DNA of 64,000 nucleotides from Mustelus asterias (Eukaryota): NCBI RefSeq assembly GCF_964213995.1, contig NC_135822.1, forward strand, positions 17,608,001-17,672,000, in the 5' to 3' direction. The translations under genes were made by a program, and so were the position numbers. Shown piece after piece: positions 1 to 12,000 of the stretch. A model generated the notes under the pieces. It was not told the origin of the DNA. It saw only the letters and a program-made list of their open reading frames with translations, and searched no databases. Every line of letters begins with the position of its first letter. Within the stretch, counting starts at the first letter, position 1.

Positions 1-822
1 GCAAGGGTCTGGCAGATGGAGCACAATGTTGGTAAATTTGAGGTCATCCATTTTGGTAGGAATAACAGCAAAATGGACTATTATTTAAATGGTAAAAAAT
101 TGCAGCATGCTGCTGTGCAGAAGGACCTGGGTGTCCTTGTGCATGAATTGCAAAAAGTTAGTTTGCGGGTACAGCAGGTAATTAAGAAGGAAAATGGAAT
201 TTTGTCCTTCATTGCTAGAGGGATGGAGTTTAAAAACAGGGAGGTTATGTTGCAGCTGTATAAGGTGCTGGTGAGGCCGCACCTGGAGTACTGTATACAG
301 TTTGATCTCCTTACTTGAGAAAGGATGTATTGGCACTGGAAGAGTGCAGAGGAGATTCACTAGGTTGATTCCGAAGTTGAGAGGGTTGGCTTATGAGGAC
401 AGACTGAGTAGACTGGGACTATACACATTAGAATTTAGAAGAATGAGGGGGGATCTTATAGAAACATATAAGATTATGAAGGGAATAGATTAGAAGTAGG
501 GAAGTTGTTTCCACTGGTGGGTGAAACTAGAACTAGGGGGCATAGCCTCAAAATAAAGGGGAGCAGATTTAGGACTGAGTTTTTGGAGGAACTTCTTCAC
601 CCAAAGGGTTGTGAATCTGTGGAATTCCCTGCCCAGTGAAGCAGTTGAGGCTACCTCATTGAATGTTTTTAAGGCAAGGATAGATACATTTTTGAACAGT
701 AAAGGAATTAAGGGTTATGGTGAGCTGAGTCCACAAAAAGATCAGCCATGGTCTTATTGAATGGCGGAGCAGGCTCGAGGGGCCAGATAGCCTACTCCTG
801 CTCCTAGTTCTTATGTTCTTAT
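1..822 (+). mobile_element. CR1/HER1-type LINE 3' fragment (RT C-terminus + 3'UTR), degenerate
   Basis: Broken ORFs 16-318 and 302-493 carry CR1 ORF2 motifs (LYKVLVRPHLEYC, RRMRGDLIETYKIMKG); ends in a TTCTTATG tail at ~822. Confidence 0.9.
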
Positions 823-1560
823 CACAGAAAATATTATGTATGAAACATAAGTGACACTTACCAGTTGGGTTAACTGTGATGGAAGGCTACATTCCCCAGG
901 CAATGAGAAAGAGACAGCGAGAGAGAGAGTGGTCTGACAGTAAGTAATACATTTAGATTACACAATTTTCCCTTTGGCCCCACTACCCAACCTTTCATCC
1001 ACTGTATCAAAAATGATGCATTGAGGGTTTTAAAACTTTAATCAAATAATAAATTGCAGGAAAATCTATCTTCTCCAATGAATTCTCCGCTAGTTGCGTT
1101 ATTTTTATATATCTCTATGACCCACATGGGTGGGATGTTCTTTCGGAGAGTTGGTGCAGACTAGATGGGCCGAATGTCCTCTTTCTGCATTGTAAAGATT
1201 CTATGATTTTTATCTTTGCTGAATCCCCATTATCAATATCTTGGCAATTACCTTTGACCAGGAACTGAACTGGACTAGCCATCTAAATATTGTGGTTACA
1301 AGAACAGGTCAAAGGCTAGGAATCCTGAGGAGAGTAATGGGCATATTGCTGTTGATCAGCCTGGCTTATGAAATACAGGTGGCCTTTGCATAGCTCTTTT
1401 TGAATTTGGTCTGTGCTCCCACAGGGAGTCGTTAGTGCCTCTGCAGAGATAATGATTTACAAGTTTCCTCAATGCTAATGGGTAGCTTCTTTTGTTCAGC
1501 AGTCACATATATAGATTTTAAAGTATGTGTCCAGATATAGCAATGAGTATATCTCTATAT

Positions 1561-1642
1561 GGTAGTGTGGCCAAGCGGTCTAAGGTGCTGGATTTAGGTT
1601 CCAGTCTCTATGGAGGTATGGGTTTAAATCCCACTGCTGCCA
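1561..1642 (+). pseudogene. tRNA-Leu(TAG) pseudogene
   Basis: 82-nt colinear match to vertebrate tRNA-Leu-TAG (GGTAGYGTGGCCRAGCGGTCTAAGG...GATTTAGG...CCCACYGCTGCCA); differences are mostly CpG-type, and the T-loop TTCGAAT is now TTTAAAT. Confidence 0.85.
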
Positions 1643-1663
1643 AAATTTCTAGGGAAAGTATGA

Positions 1664-1945
1664 TGGCACAGTGGTTAGCACTGCTGCTTCACAGCGCCAG
1701 GGACATGGGTTCGATTCCTGGCTTGGGTCACTGTCTGTGTGGAATTTGCACATTCTCCCCGTATCTGTGTGGGTGTGTTCCGATTTCCTCCCACAGTCCA
1801 AAGATGTGCTGGTTAGGTGCAATGGCCATGCTAAATTCTCCCTTGGTGTACCTGAACAGGCACAGGAGTGTGGTGACTAGGGGATTTTCACAGTAACTTC
1901 ATTGCAGTGTTAATGTAAGCCTACTTGTGACTAATAAATAAACTT
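1664..1945 (+). mobile_element. HE1/V-SINE-type tRNA-derived SINE (tail type B)
   Basis: GGCACAGTGGTTAGCACTGCTGC head, GGTTCGATTCC B-box, V-domain core, tail ...GTAAGCCTACTTGTGACTAATAAATAAA. Confidence 0.85.
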
Positions 1946-2159
1946 TTAAAACTTTTATATATTTTTACAAGAAAAAACATATATGGTGAAGTTCCTCACA
2001 AATTCAAACCTGGTTTTCAAAAGGGAATTGGATTATTATTTTGTGCAGGGCTACTGAGAAAGGGTGAGGGAATGGGTCTAGCTGAGATGCTCTTGCAGAG
2101 CTGGCACAGACAGAAGGGTTCACATGGTGCTGCTGTGTATAATCACTGTATGAATCTAA

Positions 2160-2645
2160 GTGGTCAATCCATGACTGCTGCTTCTGAGAATCACCTCTTC
2201 ACACTTAGGATTGTTCAGCAAGTGCTGGCCAATTGCTGAATCACACCTTGCAGTTGACATTCTGTTTGGGTTTTGCAAGTGTGGGCTGGTTGCTGTAATA
2301 ATTTGAATGACCTCAATTGATTGGTCAAGGTCAGTGAATGTATCTTCATTCGCCAAATCCTTGAAGCTGATTCACTAGCTTCACACTCTGCTCGATTTGC
2401 CACAGTCCCTTCACTCACCTCGCAACAATCGCTTTTTTTAATTACCTGGAGGCTTGGGAGTCTATAGTTCCCCTTTACTTTCTCTTTGGAAATGCTTGGC
2501 CAATCAGAGTCGACCTGCCAACCAATCAACAGCCATTTCTCCTGTAGCACAAATTGCTGTGATTGTTTGAAATTTGGTATTCTTGCATTTATCCTCATGG
2601 GTGCAAGGCAAAAACCTTCAGCAACATGACTCGTTTTTCAGCAAT
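2160..2645. mobile_element. degenerate Penelope-like element remnant
   Basis: Minus-strand peptide TARCDSAIGQHLLNNPKC resembles the C-terminal part of a PLE GIY-YIG domain; the adjacent plus-strand segment resembles a PLE terminus. Confidence 0.5.
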
Positions 2646-2994
2646 GGTTTTGAAAAGTTCTTCTTCAAGCAGAAATCACTATTTGATTGCAGGTTCCTAA
2701 TATCTAATATATCCAATAAATATTAGAAGGGGATTTCCAACAAGTATCACAGAAAATATTATGTATGAAACATAAGTGACATTTACCAATTGGACTAACT
2801 GTGATAGGAGGCTATCACAGCTCTTTTCTCTCCTTACAGATGCTGCCAGACCTGCTGAGATTTTCCAGCATTTTCTCTTTTGGTTTCAGATTCCAGCATC
2901 CGCAGTAATTTGCTTTTTTACTCCAAAGACTGCTCCGCCAGTTGGGTTATATGTATCTATAACCCACCCCCTACTCCCCCAATCCTATTCCCAC

Positions 2995-4430
2995 TAAACT
3001 GCCAACCATCCATCTTTCCTCCTTAGTCCCCATGTTAGGCAGTATTGTAAATGATTCTCTCCCGGTGTTGTCCCTCTCTCCTGTAAATCCTTAAATCATT
3101 ACCTCTCTCCTCAGAAAATCAAGCCTTATTCCCACTGTTCTGAAGTCCTTAAACTTGACAGTCACCAAATCCATTTCCATCTTTCCTGGTGCTCCAAGTT
3201 TGAATCCCTCCAATCCCTGCCACATTCCGAAATAGCTCCGACCAAAGTCATAAATGGCATTCCATCTGCCTGCGAAGGTAAACTTTCCTTCACCATGCTT
3301 CTTGACCTGTCTGCAGCTTTGACATAGTTGACCACACCATTCACCTCCAACACCTCTCTACAGTCAAGAGTTGTGTGGGACTGACCTCACCCGGTTCAAT
3401 TCTTATCAGTCTAATCATAGCCAGGGTAGCTGCTCTTCCCACTCCCAAACAATTATCTCAAGGATCTATCCTTGAATCCCTCCTATTTCTCACCCACATG
3501 CTGTCTCCATATTTGCCTCCAATTCTATATTGGGAGTAATGAAGCTATTGGTCGCTGCTCCAAACTTTATTCCCTAGATAATGATTCCATCTCTCTCCCT
3601 GGCAGCAGTCTGAGACTAAACCTGTCTGTCTACAACCTAGGAGTCTTATATGACCATGAGATGAGCTTCCGACCCCATAATGCCATCACCAAGATCGTCT
3701 ATTTTCACCGCGCCTATCTTTGTACTTGTCTCAGCTCATCTGCTGCTGAAACCCTCATTCATGTCCTTATTATCTTTAGACTTGATTATTGCAATGCATT
3801 CCTGGCTAGTCTCCCACATTCTACCTTCCAGAAACTTGAGATCTGGAACTCTACTGCCCCGTCTGCCAAGGAATCGGAGCGGGTGAGGGGCTGACAATGG
3901 AGACGTCCATTGGGTGGGAATTTCGGTCTCGCTCGAATGAGGCCGTAAATTCCCACCCTAAATCATCCAAAATTCAGCTGTGTCTTTATTCACACCAACG
4001 CCATAACACCCCTGTGCTCACTGACATATTGGCTTCTGATCCAATAACATCTTGATCTTAAAATTCTCATCCTGTTTTCAAATCCATCCATGGCATTTCC
4101 CCTCCCTATCTCCATCTCCTCCAGCCCCACAACTCTCTGTGACATCTGTGCTCATGTAATTCTGGCCACTTGAGCATCCCAGTTTTTATCACTCCACTAT
4201 TGGCGTCTGTGCCTTCATCTGGCTAGGGCCCAAAGCTTTCCCTCCATCTCCACCTCACTTTTCACATTTAAGATACTCCTTAAAACTTACCACCTTGACT
4301 ACGATTTTGGTCATCTGACCTGATATCTCCATACATGGCTCAATGTTGTATTTTGTTATATAATGTTGTTGTGAAGTGCCTTGGAACATGTTATTCTATT
4401 AAAGGTGCTAAATAAACATAAGTTGTTGTT
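2995..4430 (+). mobile_element. L2-clade LINE 3' fragment
   Basis: Peptides LLDLSAAL and NLGVLYD...AAETLIHVLIIFRLDYCNAFLASLP; L2-type tail AAAGGTGCTAAATAAACATAAGTTGTTGTTG. Confidence 0.85.
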
Positions 4431-5022
4431 GAATGCTGTTGAATTATATTCCTGATGTCCAAGGCCATGTGGCTTGTACTAAATCAGGTTTGATCTCTGT
4501 GTAAAGAATGATTTTTTGATATCAGTCCTACATTCAAACTTCTCTTCTTTTCTATTATAATAGGAAAATTCTTTGTACATTTTCTCTGCACTGGCCCCAG
4601 CACACCAGTAACTCTGTGTCGCCTCAGTGCCCTGTACATCACAAGGGGATCTGTGTGGTCTGAACAACTGACTCATTGCTGACATTTGACATTAAGGCTT
4701 GAACTAATGAAACTGACCCAATTATGGGTGATGGTCTGGCAAATGACGTTGAGCAAGACCCCCTCAGTCAAAGCCCTGCACCAGAATGGGCCACTGCTCA
4801 TGCCTGCCATGACCTCCATCCCATGCCGTCTAGAGGGACCTGGTCAGTCTGCAGTGAAAGGGGGTGGGAGGAAAGGGCTGGCACAAAGGAATGCAATTCC
4901 CAAACACAGTTTCAACCAGGATGAATCTTTAGGTTGAAACTGCTGTTTCTGGGCAGTCAAGACTACTTTGTAAGCATTCCATTGATGGAAACAACACCAG
5001 TTGCCAGTCCAGTAACATCTAA

Positions 5023-5315
5023 CGGCACAGTGGCTAGCACCGCTGCCTCATAGCGCCAGGGACCCAAGTTCGATTCCCGGTTTGGGTCACTGTCTGTGTG
5101 GAGTTTGCACGTTCTCCCCGTGTCTGCGTGGGTTTCCGCCAGGTGCTCTGGTTTCCTCCCACAATCCGAAAGATGTGCTGGTTAGGTGCATTGGCTATGC
5201 TACATTCTCCCTCAGTTGTACCCGAACAAGCACCAGAGTGTGGCGACTAGGGGATTTTCACAGTAACTTCATTGCAGTGTTAATGTAAGCCTACTTGTGA
5301 CTAATAAATAAACTT
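5023..5315 (+). mobile_element. HE1/V-SINE-type SINE (tail B)
   Basis: Same head, core and tail as the other copies in the window. Confidence 0.85.
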
Positions 5316-5727
5316 TGTTTGGATTGAGTTCCACATGCATCAGAGTCTTCCATCATGTCCTGCTTTCCTTGTTGCATAGGTTCTGAACTCCTCCAACTGT
5401 CCCATTATCAGCATCGTGAAAGAAAGCATCGCCACTGTTTGCCTGCAAGACCAAGCTTCCTGACTCATTGTTCCCAAGTCTTGGAATTCTCTTACTATCC
5501 CACCGCTGGGGACAGATACCTCCTCAAACTGCCCCCAGCTTCTTCTCCTCACTGCTGCTCTGGAATCTACCCAGTAATATCAGCACTGTGTCCACGATAC
5601 TGCTTTCCTAAGTGGGTACATCTCAGCTGCTGTTTGAGTGAACAAGGTGACAGGGCAGAGTTAGTGATTCGGATGCAGAAAGTGTTCTTCTGGAGCTGTT
5701 TAGGTGCTTCTTTCTCACAGCATTCAA

Positions 5728-6085
5728 CGTGCAGACTCCGCACAGACAGTGACCCAAGCTGGGATTCGAATCCGGGTCCCTGGTGCTGTGAGGCAGCAGT
5801 GCTAACCACAGCCTCACATCGCCAGGGACCCAGGTTCGAATACCGGCTTGGGTCACTGTCTGTGTGGAGTCTGCACGATCTCCTCGTGTCTGTGTGAGTG
5901 TCCTCCGGGTGCTCTGGTTTCCTCCTATAGTCTGAAAGACATGCTGGTTAGGTGGATTGGCCATGCTAAATTCTCCCTCAGTGTACCCGAACAGGCGCCA
6001 GAGTGTGGCAACTAGGGGATTTTCACAGTAACTTCATTGCAGTGTTAAGGTAAGTCTACTTGTGACACTAATAAATAAACTTTTA
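5728..6085. mobile_element. head-to-head SINE pair: minus-strand head (5728-5809) fused to a 5'-truncated plus copy (5810-6085)
   Basis: CACAGACAGTGACCCAAGC...GCTAACCAC is followed directly by GCCTCACATCGCCAGGGACCC...GCTTGGGTCACTGTCTGTG. Confidence 0.8.
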
Positions 6086-6656
6086 AAAAACTTGAGGGAT
6101 GTAAAGGATAACCAACGTGCATTATGCCGCTTATTGCTATCAGTGTTTCTCTGCATCTCCTTTGAGAGCTGATTGCTGCCATTGTAAAATGTTGCCGTGA
6201 TTCGCACAGAATCTTGGTCCATGCCCACTTCAAGGTGGATTGTAATCATTAGAAGTGTTGATGACCTTACATCAGAATAAATAGCTTACATGTATCCCAC
6301 ATATTAGTGACAAGACACTGGGGAAGCGATGGACAAGTGATATTATCGCTAGACTATTAATCCAGAAACTCAGCTAATGTTCAAAGGGGTTCCTGTCATG
6401 CTTCTGGGAGGGAGGGGAAGGAAGAAGTGCAGGAAATGGGTCAAACACAGTTGAGAACCTTGCCAACCACAGTGGGGCGGGTGGTAGGGGAGGGGAGGGG
6501 ATCCCTGGCTGAGGAAAAATAAAGACATTAGAAATGTAGCATCATCAGAACAGATTGGAAAAACTAGGAGAATGGGATAGGATCCTTGGAGGAAGCAGGC
6601 TGTGAGGAGGTGCGGTTAAGGTAGCTATGGCAATCGTTGGGCTTGGATTTGATATT

Positions 6657-7008
6657 CATAGAATCAGAATTCCTACAGTGCAGAAGAAGCCATTTGGCCC
6701 ATCAAGTCTGCACCGACTCTGACAGAGTACCTTACCCAGGCCTTCTCCCCTGTCCTATCCCTGTAACCCCACACATTTCCCATGGCTAATCCATCTAACC
6801 TACACATCTTGGGATACTAAGGGGCAACTTAACATGGCCAATCCACCTAACCTGCACATCTTTGGACTATGGGAGGAAACCGGAGCACATGGAGGAAAAC
6901 CACGCAGACACGGGGAGAACGTACAAACTCCACACAGACGGTGACCCAAGCTGGGATCAAACCTGGGTCCCTGGCGCTGAGAAGCAGCAGTGCTAACCAC
7001 TGTGCCGC
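6657..7008 (-). mobile_element. HE1 SINE (CR1/HER1-like tail A)
   Basis: Reverse complement of the HE1 head and core with a ...CTGCACTGTAGGAATTCTGATTCTATG tail. Confidence 0.85.
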
Positions 7009-7106
7009 CCCTCTTTCACCTTCACATGGTTCATCCCTGCCGCTTCCCTTCCTTGACCTCTTTATCTCCATTTCTGGTGATAGACTGTCTACCACTTGAA
7101 AGTGGT

Positions 7107-7465
7107 GGCACGGTGGCACAATGGTTAGGTATTGCTGCCTCACAGCTCCAGGTTCAATTATGGCTTGGGCGACTGTCTCCACTGTCTGTGTGGAGTTTAC
7201 ACGTTCTCCCCATGTCTGCGTGGTTTTCCTCCATGTGCTCCGGTTTCCTCCCATAGTCCAAAGATGTTCAGGTTAGGTGGATTGGCCATGTTAAGTTGCC
7301 CCTTAGTATCCCAAGATGTGTAGGTTAGATGGATTAGCCATGGGAAATGTGTGGGGTTACGGGGATAGGACAGGGGAGAAGGCCTGGGTAAGGTACTCTG
7401 TCAGAGTCGGTGCAGACTTGATGGGCCAAATGGCTTCTTCTGCACTGTAGGAATTCTGATTCTAT
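7107..7465 (+). mobile_element. HE1 SINE (tail A) inserted in a Penelope-like element
   Basis: Interrupts PLE RT-like sequence (LPFLDLFISISGDRLST | NIKSKPND). Confidence 0.85.
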
Positions 7466-8299
7466 GAATATCAAATCCAAGCCCAACGATTGCCATAGCT
7501 ACCTTAACCGCACCTCCTCACAGCCTGCTTCCTCCAAGGATCCTATCCCATTCTCCTAGTTTTTCCAATCTGTTCTGATGATGCTACATTTCTAATGTCT
7601 TTATTTTTCCTCAGCCAGGGATCCCCTCCCCTCCCCTCCCCTACCACCCACCCCACTGTGGTTGGCAAGGTTCTCAACTGTGTCTGACCCATTTCCTGCA
7701 CTTCTTCCTTCCCCTCCCTCCCAGAAGTATGACAGGAACCCCTTGTCCTCACTTTCCACCCCACCAGCCTCCATATTCAAAGGATCACCCCCTGCTATTT
7801 CCACCAACTGCACCATGATGCTACCACCAAACACATCTTCCCCTTTCTCTCCTAGCATTCCGAAAGGACCATTCCCTCTGTGACAGGCTGGTCCACTCCT
7901 CTATCGTCCCCAGCTCCTCATCCCCTTCCCACAGCACCATCCCGTGCAATCGCACGATGTGTAACATCTGCCCCTTTACCTCCTCCCTCCTTACCATCCA
8001 AAGCCCCAAACATTCCTTCCAGATGAAGCAGCAATTCGCTTGCATTTCTTTCGATTTATTTGACTGTATTCGCTGCTCCCAATGAGGTCTCCTCTACATT
8101 AAACGCATTTTGGGTGACCGCTTTGCAGAACACCGTCTCTCAGTCCACAAGCATGATCCTGTCGCTTGCATTTCAATTCACCATCTTCCTCTCATTTCTG
8201 TCCTTGGCCTACAGTGTTCCGAGGCAAGTTGGAGGAACGGCACCTCGTCTTCCGATCAGGCACTTCACAGGGTTCTGGACTCCACGTGAAGTTCAAAAG

Positions 8300-8608
8300 T
8301 GGCACAGTGGTTAGCACTGCTGCCTCACAGCGCCAGGGACCCGGGTTCAATTCCCGCCTCAGGTGACTATCTGCGTGGAGTTTGCACATTCTCCCCGTGT
8401 CTGCGTGGGTTTCCTCCAGGTGCTCCAGTTTCCTCCCGCAGTCCGAAGATGTGGAGGTTAGGTGATTAGCCTTGCTATATTGCCCTGTAGTGTCAGGAGG
8501 ATTAGGAGGGTAAATATATGGGGTTACGGGGATAGGGTCGGGGTGGGATTGTTGTCAGTGCAGGCTCGATTGGTCAAATGGTCTCCTCCTGCACAGCAGA
8601 TTCTATTC
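8300..8608 (+). mobile_element. HE1 SINE (tail A)
   Basis: Family head, core and tail. Confidence 0.85.
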
Positions 8609-9260
8609 TAACAACCAGACCATGCACTTTGTCCTTCATTGGAATATTTCCAGTGCCATTCTGTATTATGTTCTCATTTTTTTGCTTTTGGACAGTGCGG
8701 ACCCTTTCCCTGTTATTAACACATTCTGCTATTTGGTTTTCAGACAGTGCTGACCTTTACTCTGCTATTAACACCTACCCTAAACCAGAGCTTTGGTCTT
8801 TAATACTATAATTACTGCACCCTTTGTTTTATGTTCAATGACATCATTGTCATTTAAACTATTCTGACCTCCAACCTATCCCTGATTTTATGTTCTGCTC
8901 CGCCTTTCCCGCTCCCATTTATGTTGCAGCATAAAACCCATCACATTTCTACCTCTCTCTAGTTCTGAAGTTATATTGGACTTGAAACATTAACTCTGTT
9001 TCTCTCTGCACAGATGCTGCCGAACCTGCTGAGTTTATCCAGCATTTTCTGTTTTTATTTCAGATCCCCAGCATCCACGGTATTTTCCATTTACATTCGC
9101 TGATCCATTCCCACTTTCAGATCTTAACACATCCGCTCAGCATTTTTTGCTGTCATTTCATATCTGCTCCTCAGCATTTACCTACAAAGCTGTGTCTATT
9201 TGAATGATAAACATCCAATGAGGTTACTTCTATTTAAGCCAAAATGAGATTTGGTGCTAA

Positions 9261-9346
9261 TGACATCCAGTGATAGAAAGCAGTGATCAAGCGCCATCTG
9301 GTGTTCGATTTAATATCTGCAGCAAGGGAACAGCACCCTCCAGTGG
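9261..9346 (-). promoter_or_regulatory. cluster of up to three same-orientation CTCF-like motifs
   Basis: Minus strand: CCACTGGAGGGTGCTG (9331-9346), ACACCAGATGGCGCT (9290-9304, preceded by a TGCAG upstream module), TCACTGGATGTCA (9261-9273). Confidence 0.55.
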
Positions 9347-9695
9347 AGAACAGCCAAAACTGAGTTGATTCCTCAAATGTTATTTCACTGATTTGTACTT
9401 ACACCGAGCCAGTTCATCAACAGAAAAACACAATTAGAGTCATACATCTTCATTTGGATTTGAATATTTCACTAATACTGGGTACACACTGGCTGCGATG
9501 ATTGAAGATTTAATAACACGTCTGTCAGTAAATGAATCATAGAATCATACAGCGAGACCATTCAGCCCAACGTGCATCTGGCACATTGAATTAGTCCCAC
9601 TCTGCGTGCTCCTTCCGCACAACTCTGGGAAATTAGATGGGCTTTCATTCCCTTTGCAGTCACCGATTCTACCTGCCCCTTCCATGGCGTGTACG

Positions 9696-10012
9696 GGTGG
9701 CACAGTGGTTAGCACTGCTGCTTCACAGCGCCAGGGATCCGGGTTTGATTCCCGGCTGGGTTCACTGTCTGTGCGGAGTCTGCACATTCTCCCCGTGTCT
9801 GCGTGGGTTTCTTCCGGATGCTCCGGTTTCCTCCCACTGTCCGAAAGACGTGCTGGTTAGGTGCATTGGATGCTAAATTAGGTGCATTGGCCATGCTAAA
9901 TTCTCCCTCAGTGTACCCGAACAGTTGCCGGAGTGTGGCGACTAGGGGATTTTCACAGTAAATTCATTGCAGTGTTAATGCAAGCATACTTGTGGCACTA
10001 ATAAGTAAACTT
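9696..10012 (+). mobile_element. HE1/V-SINE-type SINE (tail B) with a small internal duplication
   Basis: Family sequence; TTAGGTGCATTGG..ATGCTAAATT is duplicated. Confidence 0.85.
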
Positions 10013-10169
10013 TGAATCACAGCTCATCTTGACATTGCCCTCACTTGACCACCAACCACACAGGTTTACCAGAAGGTGGTCACTCTCTAATCAGGGAACA
10101 GTTCTTTTTTTAAGTAAACATAACTGCTGCCAAACCAAGATTAGTGATCTGGGCACAGGTCATATATAT

Positions 10170-10262
10170 CCCGGGGGGAGTGGGGTTCAGACTGGATCCC
10201 CAGAGGAGAGGGGGGTTCAGATTGGATCCCGGGAGGAGGGGGTGGGTCACACTGGATCCCCA
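10170..10262. repeat. short tandem repeat, 3 x ~30 bp
   Basis: GGGG(T)TCA(G/C)A(C/T)TGGATCCC occurs three times. Confidence 0.6.
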
Positions 10263-10645
10263 GGCCAGGGCTCGGAGGCCTCGGGCTTTCCCCGGGCTGT
10301 GGTGCTGAGGTTGCCAGCCACCCAACGGGTGTGTAGGCCGCGATCCGAGGTGTATATCCAATACTGGTCTGAGGTATATTTGGAGAACGCAGATTTTCAA
10401 GGGATGTGGGAACTTCAGCTATGTGGGGTGACTAGAGAAACTGGGATAGTTCTCCTCAGAGCATAAAAGATGAGGAGATATTTAATAGAGGTTCAAGTAA
10501 ATTAGGAGCATCTGATTCCATTGGGCAACATAAGAGGCAAGATGAGGACATTGTTAATGTTGCGATCTGGAAAGGGTGACGGAAGCAGATTCGAATAGTA
10601 ACTTTCAAAAGGGAATTGGATGGATATTGGAAAAGGCAGCCCACC

Positions 10646-10980
10646 TAGAAATCATAGAAACCCTACAGTGCAGAAGGAGGCCATTCGGCCCATCGAGTCT
10701 GCACTGACCACAATCCCACCCAGGCCCTACCCCCACATATTTACCCGCTAATCCCTCTAACCTACGCATCCCAGGACTCTAAGGGGCAATTTTTAACCTG
10801 GCCAATCAACCCAACCCGCACATCTTTGGACTGTGGGAGGAAACCAGAGCACCCAGAGGAAACCCACGCAGACAAGAGGAGAATGTGCAAACTCCACACA
10901 GACAGTGACCCGAGCCGGGAATCGAACCCAGGACCATGGAGCTGTGAAGCAGCAGTGCTAACCACTGTGCTACCGTGCCG
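10646..10980 (-). mobile_element. HE1 SINE (tail A)
   Basis: Family sequence, reverse orientation. Confidence 0.85.
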
Positions 10981-11809
10981 CACCTGATTTCATCCAGTCA
11001 CCCAGCCACTTGGTCAACAGCCATTGCAGCTGCACCTGGTGTCAGCTGCTTTGGAGATGGAGTTCAATGGCAAAAAGCAATGGCAGGAGTTTGGGAGAAG
11101 GGGTGATGGCAGTGGGAGGTTGTGATAAACCTCGAGGAATCTGTCTAGAGTAAGCAACCACATCCCCATCTCCTTCCTCTGAGCCACATTCTATTGGGAA
11201 GGGATCTACACCTTCAGGCTGAAACCACAAGAGAGTGATTGAGCTACTCAGAGATCAACAACCACTACCTCAAAGTGCTCATGATAATTGCGGTTTTATT
11301 TTATTTTCCATTTTTCTCCCCTCATCTCCTGAAGGTGTCAGCTCAAGTCGGGAGCAATCCCGCTGGTAACTTTCCCCATCAGCCTGGACAGTGAATACCA
11401 GCCCGCTGCTCAATCATGCGGATGGTCACACCCATTTCCAAGCTGGATAGGGATATGGAATTGCACTCCCTCCCCTACCACGGTGCTGAGGCTAGTGGCA
11501 GCCCCCATGGCAGTGAGGGGCTACTGCCGCCCAAAGCTGAATCAGCCTAGATAAAGGAATTGAACCTGCAGCCCAGTACGAGATGACAGCACACGCTGCA
11601 TTTATTCACTGATGCTTAATCTGCTCCATTTATTTAGCTGTTTCCTTTGTCAATTACGGTTTTGAGATGTATTGCTTTGTGTTTAGGGTGAGGGATATTC
11701 AGTATCAGGAAATGAAACAGTTTCATGCTTTGTGCACCCAGTGTGAGGGTCAGCATGAAATACTCCCAGGTTGGATAGAGCATAGGTTAAATACAGAGTA
11801 AAGTTCTCA

Positions 11810-12000
11810 GTGCGCTGGGTGCAGCTCATGTTATGCTGAGTGCGGCTCACGGTACATTGGGTGCGGCTCACGGTACGCTAGGGAAGTACAGGGTGCCACT
11901 TCTGGTACACTGGTTGCAGCTCCCGATACGCCGGCTGCATGCAGGGTGTAATTCCTGGTACACTGGGTACATTGGTAAATACAGGGCGCGTACCCCGGTA
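11810..12000. repeat. degenerate ~21-bp tandem repeat
   Basis: GGGTGCGGCTCACGGTAC(A/G)(T/C)T-like units. Confidence 0.55.

Larger units (their letters stand above)
6384..7744. repeat. inverted duplication, ~620-bp arms (6384-7008 / 7107-7744), each containing an HE1 SINE plus Penelope sequence
   Basis: AAGGGGTTCCTGTCAT... at 6384 is the reverse complement of ...ATGACAGGAACCCCTT ending at 7744; the outer arms are nearly identical. Confidence 0.9.
7010..9095 (+). mobile_element. degenerate Penelope-like element (RT C-terminus, GIY-YIG, terminus), interrupted by two SINEs
   Basis: Peptides PFLDLFISISGDRLST, CIRCSQ*GLLYI and KLEERHLVFRSGT; terminus with decayed hammerhead-like AGTTCTGAAG..GACTTGAAACATTAACT at 8961-8995. 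Confidence 0.7.

Noticed and set aside
1525-1896. Recurrent ORFs such as MVSTAASQRQG / WLALLLHSARD
   Set aside because: Translations of HE1 SINE copies
4479-4685. ORF with a YWC motif as a possible Ig-like exon
   Set aside because: Runs into RTDIKKSFFTQR, a CR1 C-terminal signature; likely a LINE remnant
4686-5727. Short ORFs in possibly Harbinger-derived sequence
   Set aside because: Multiple stops and no identifiable domain; cannot be classified without a database search
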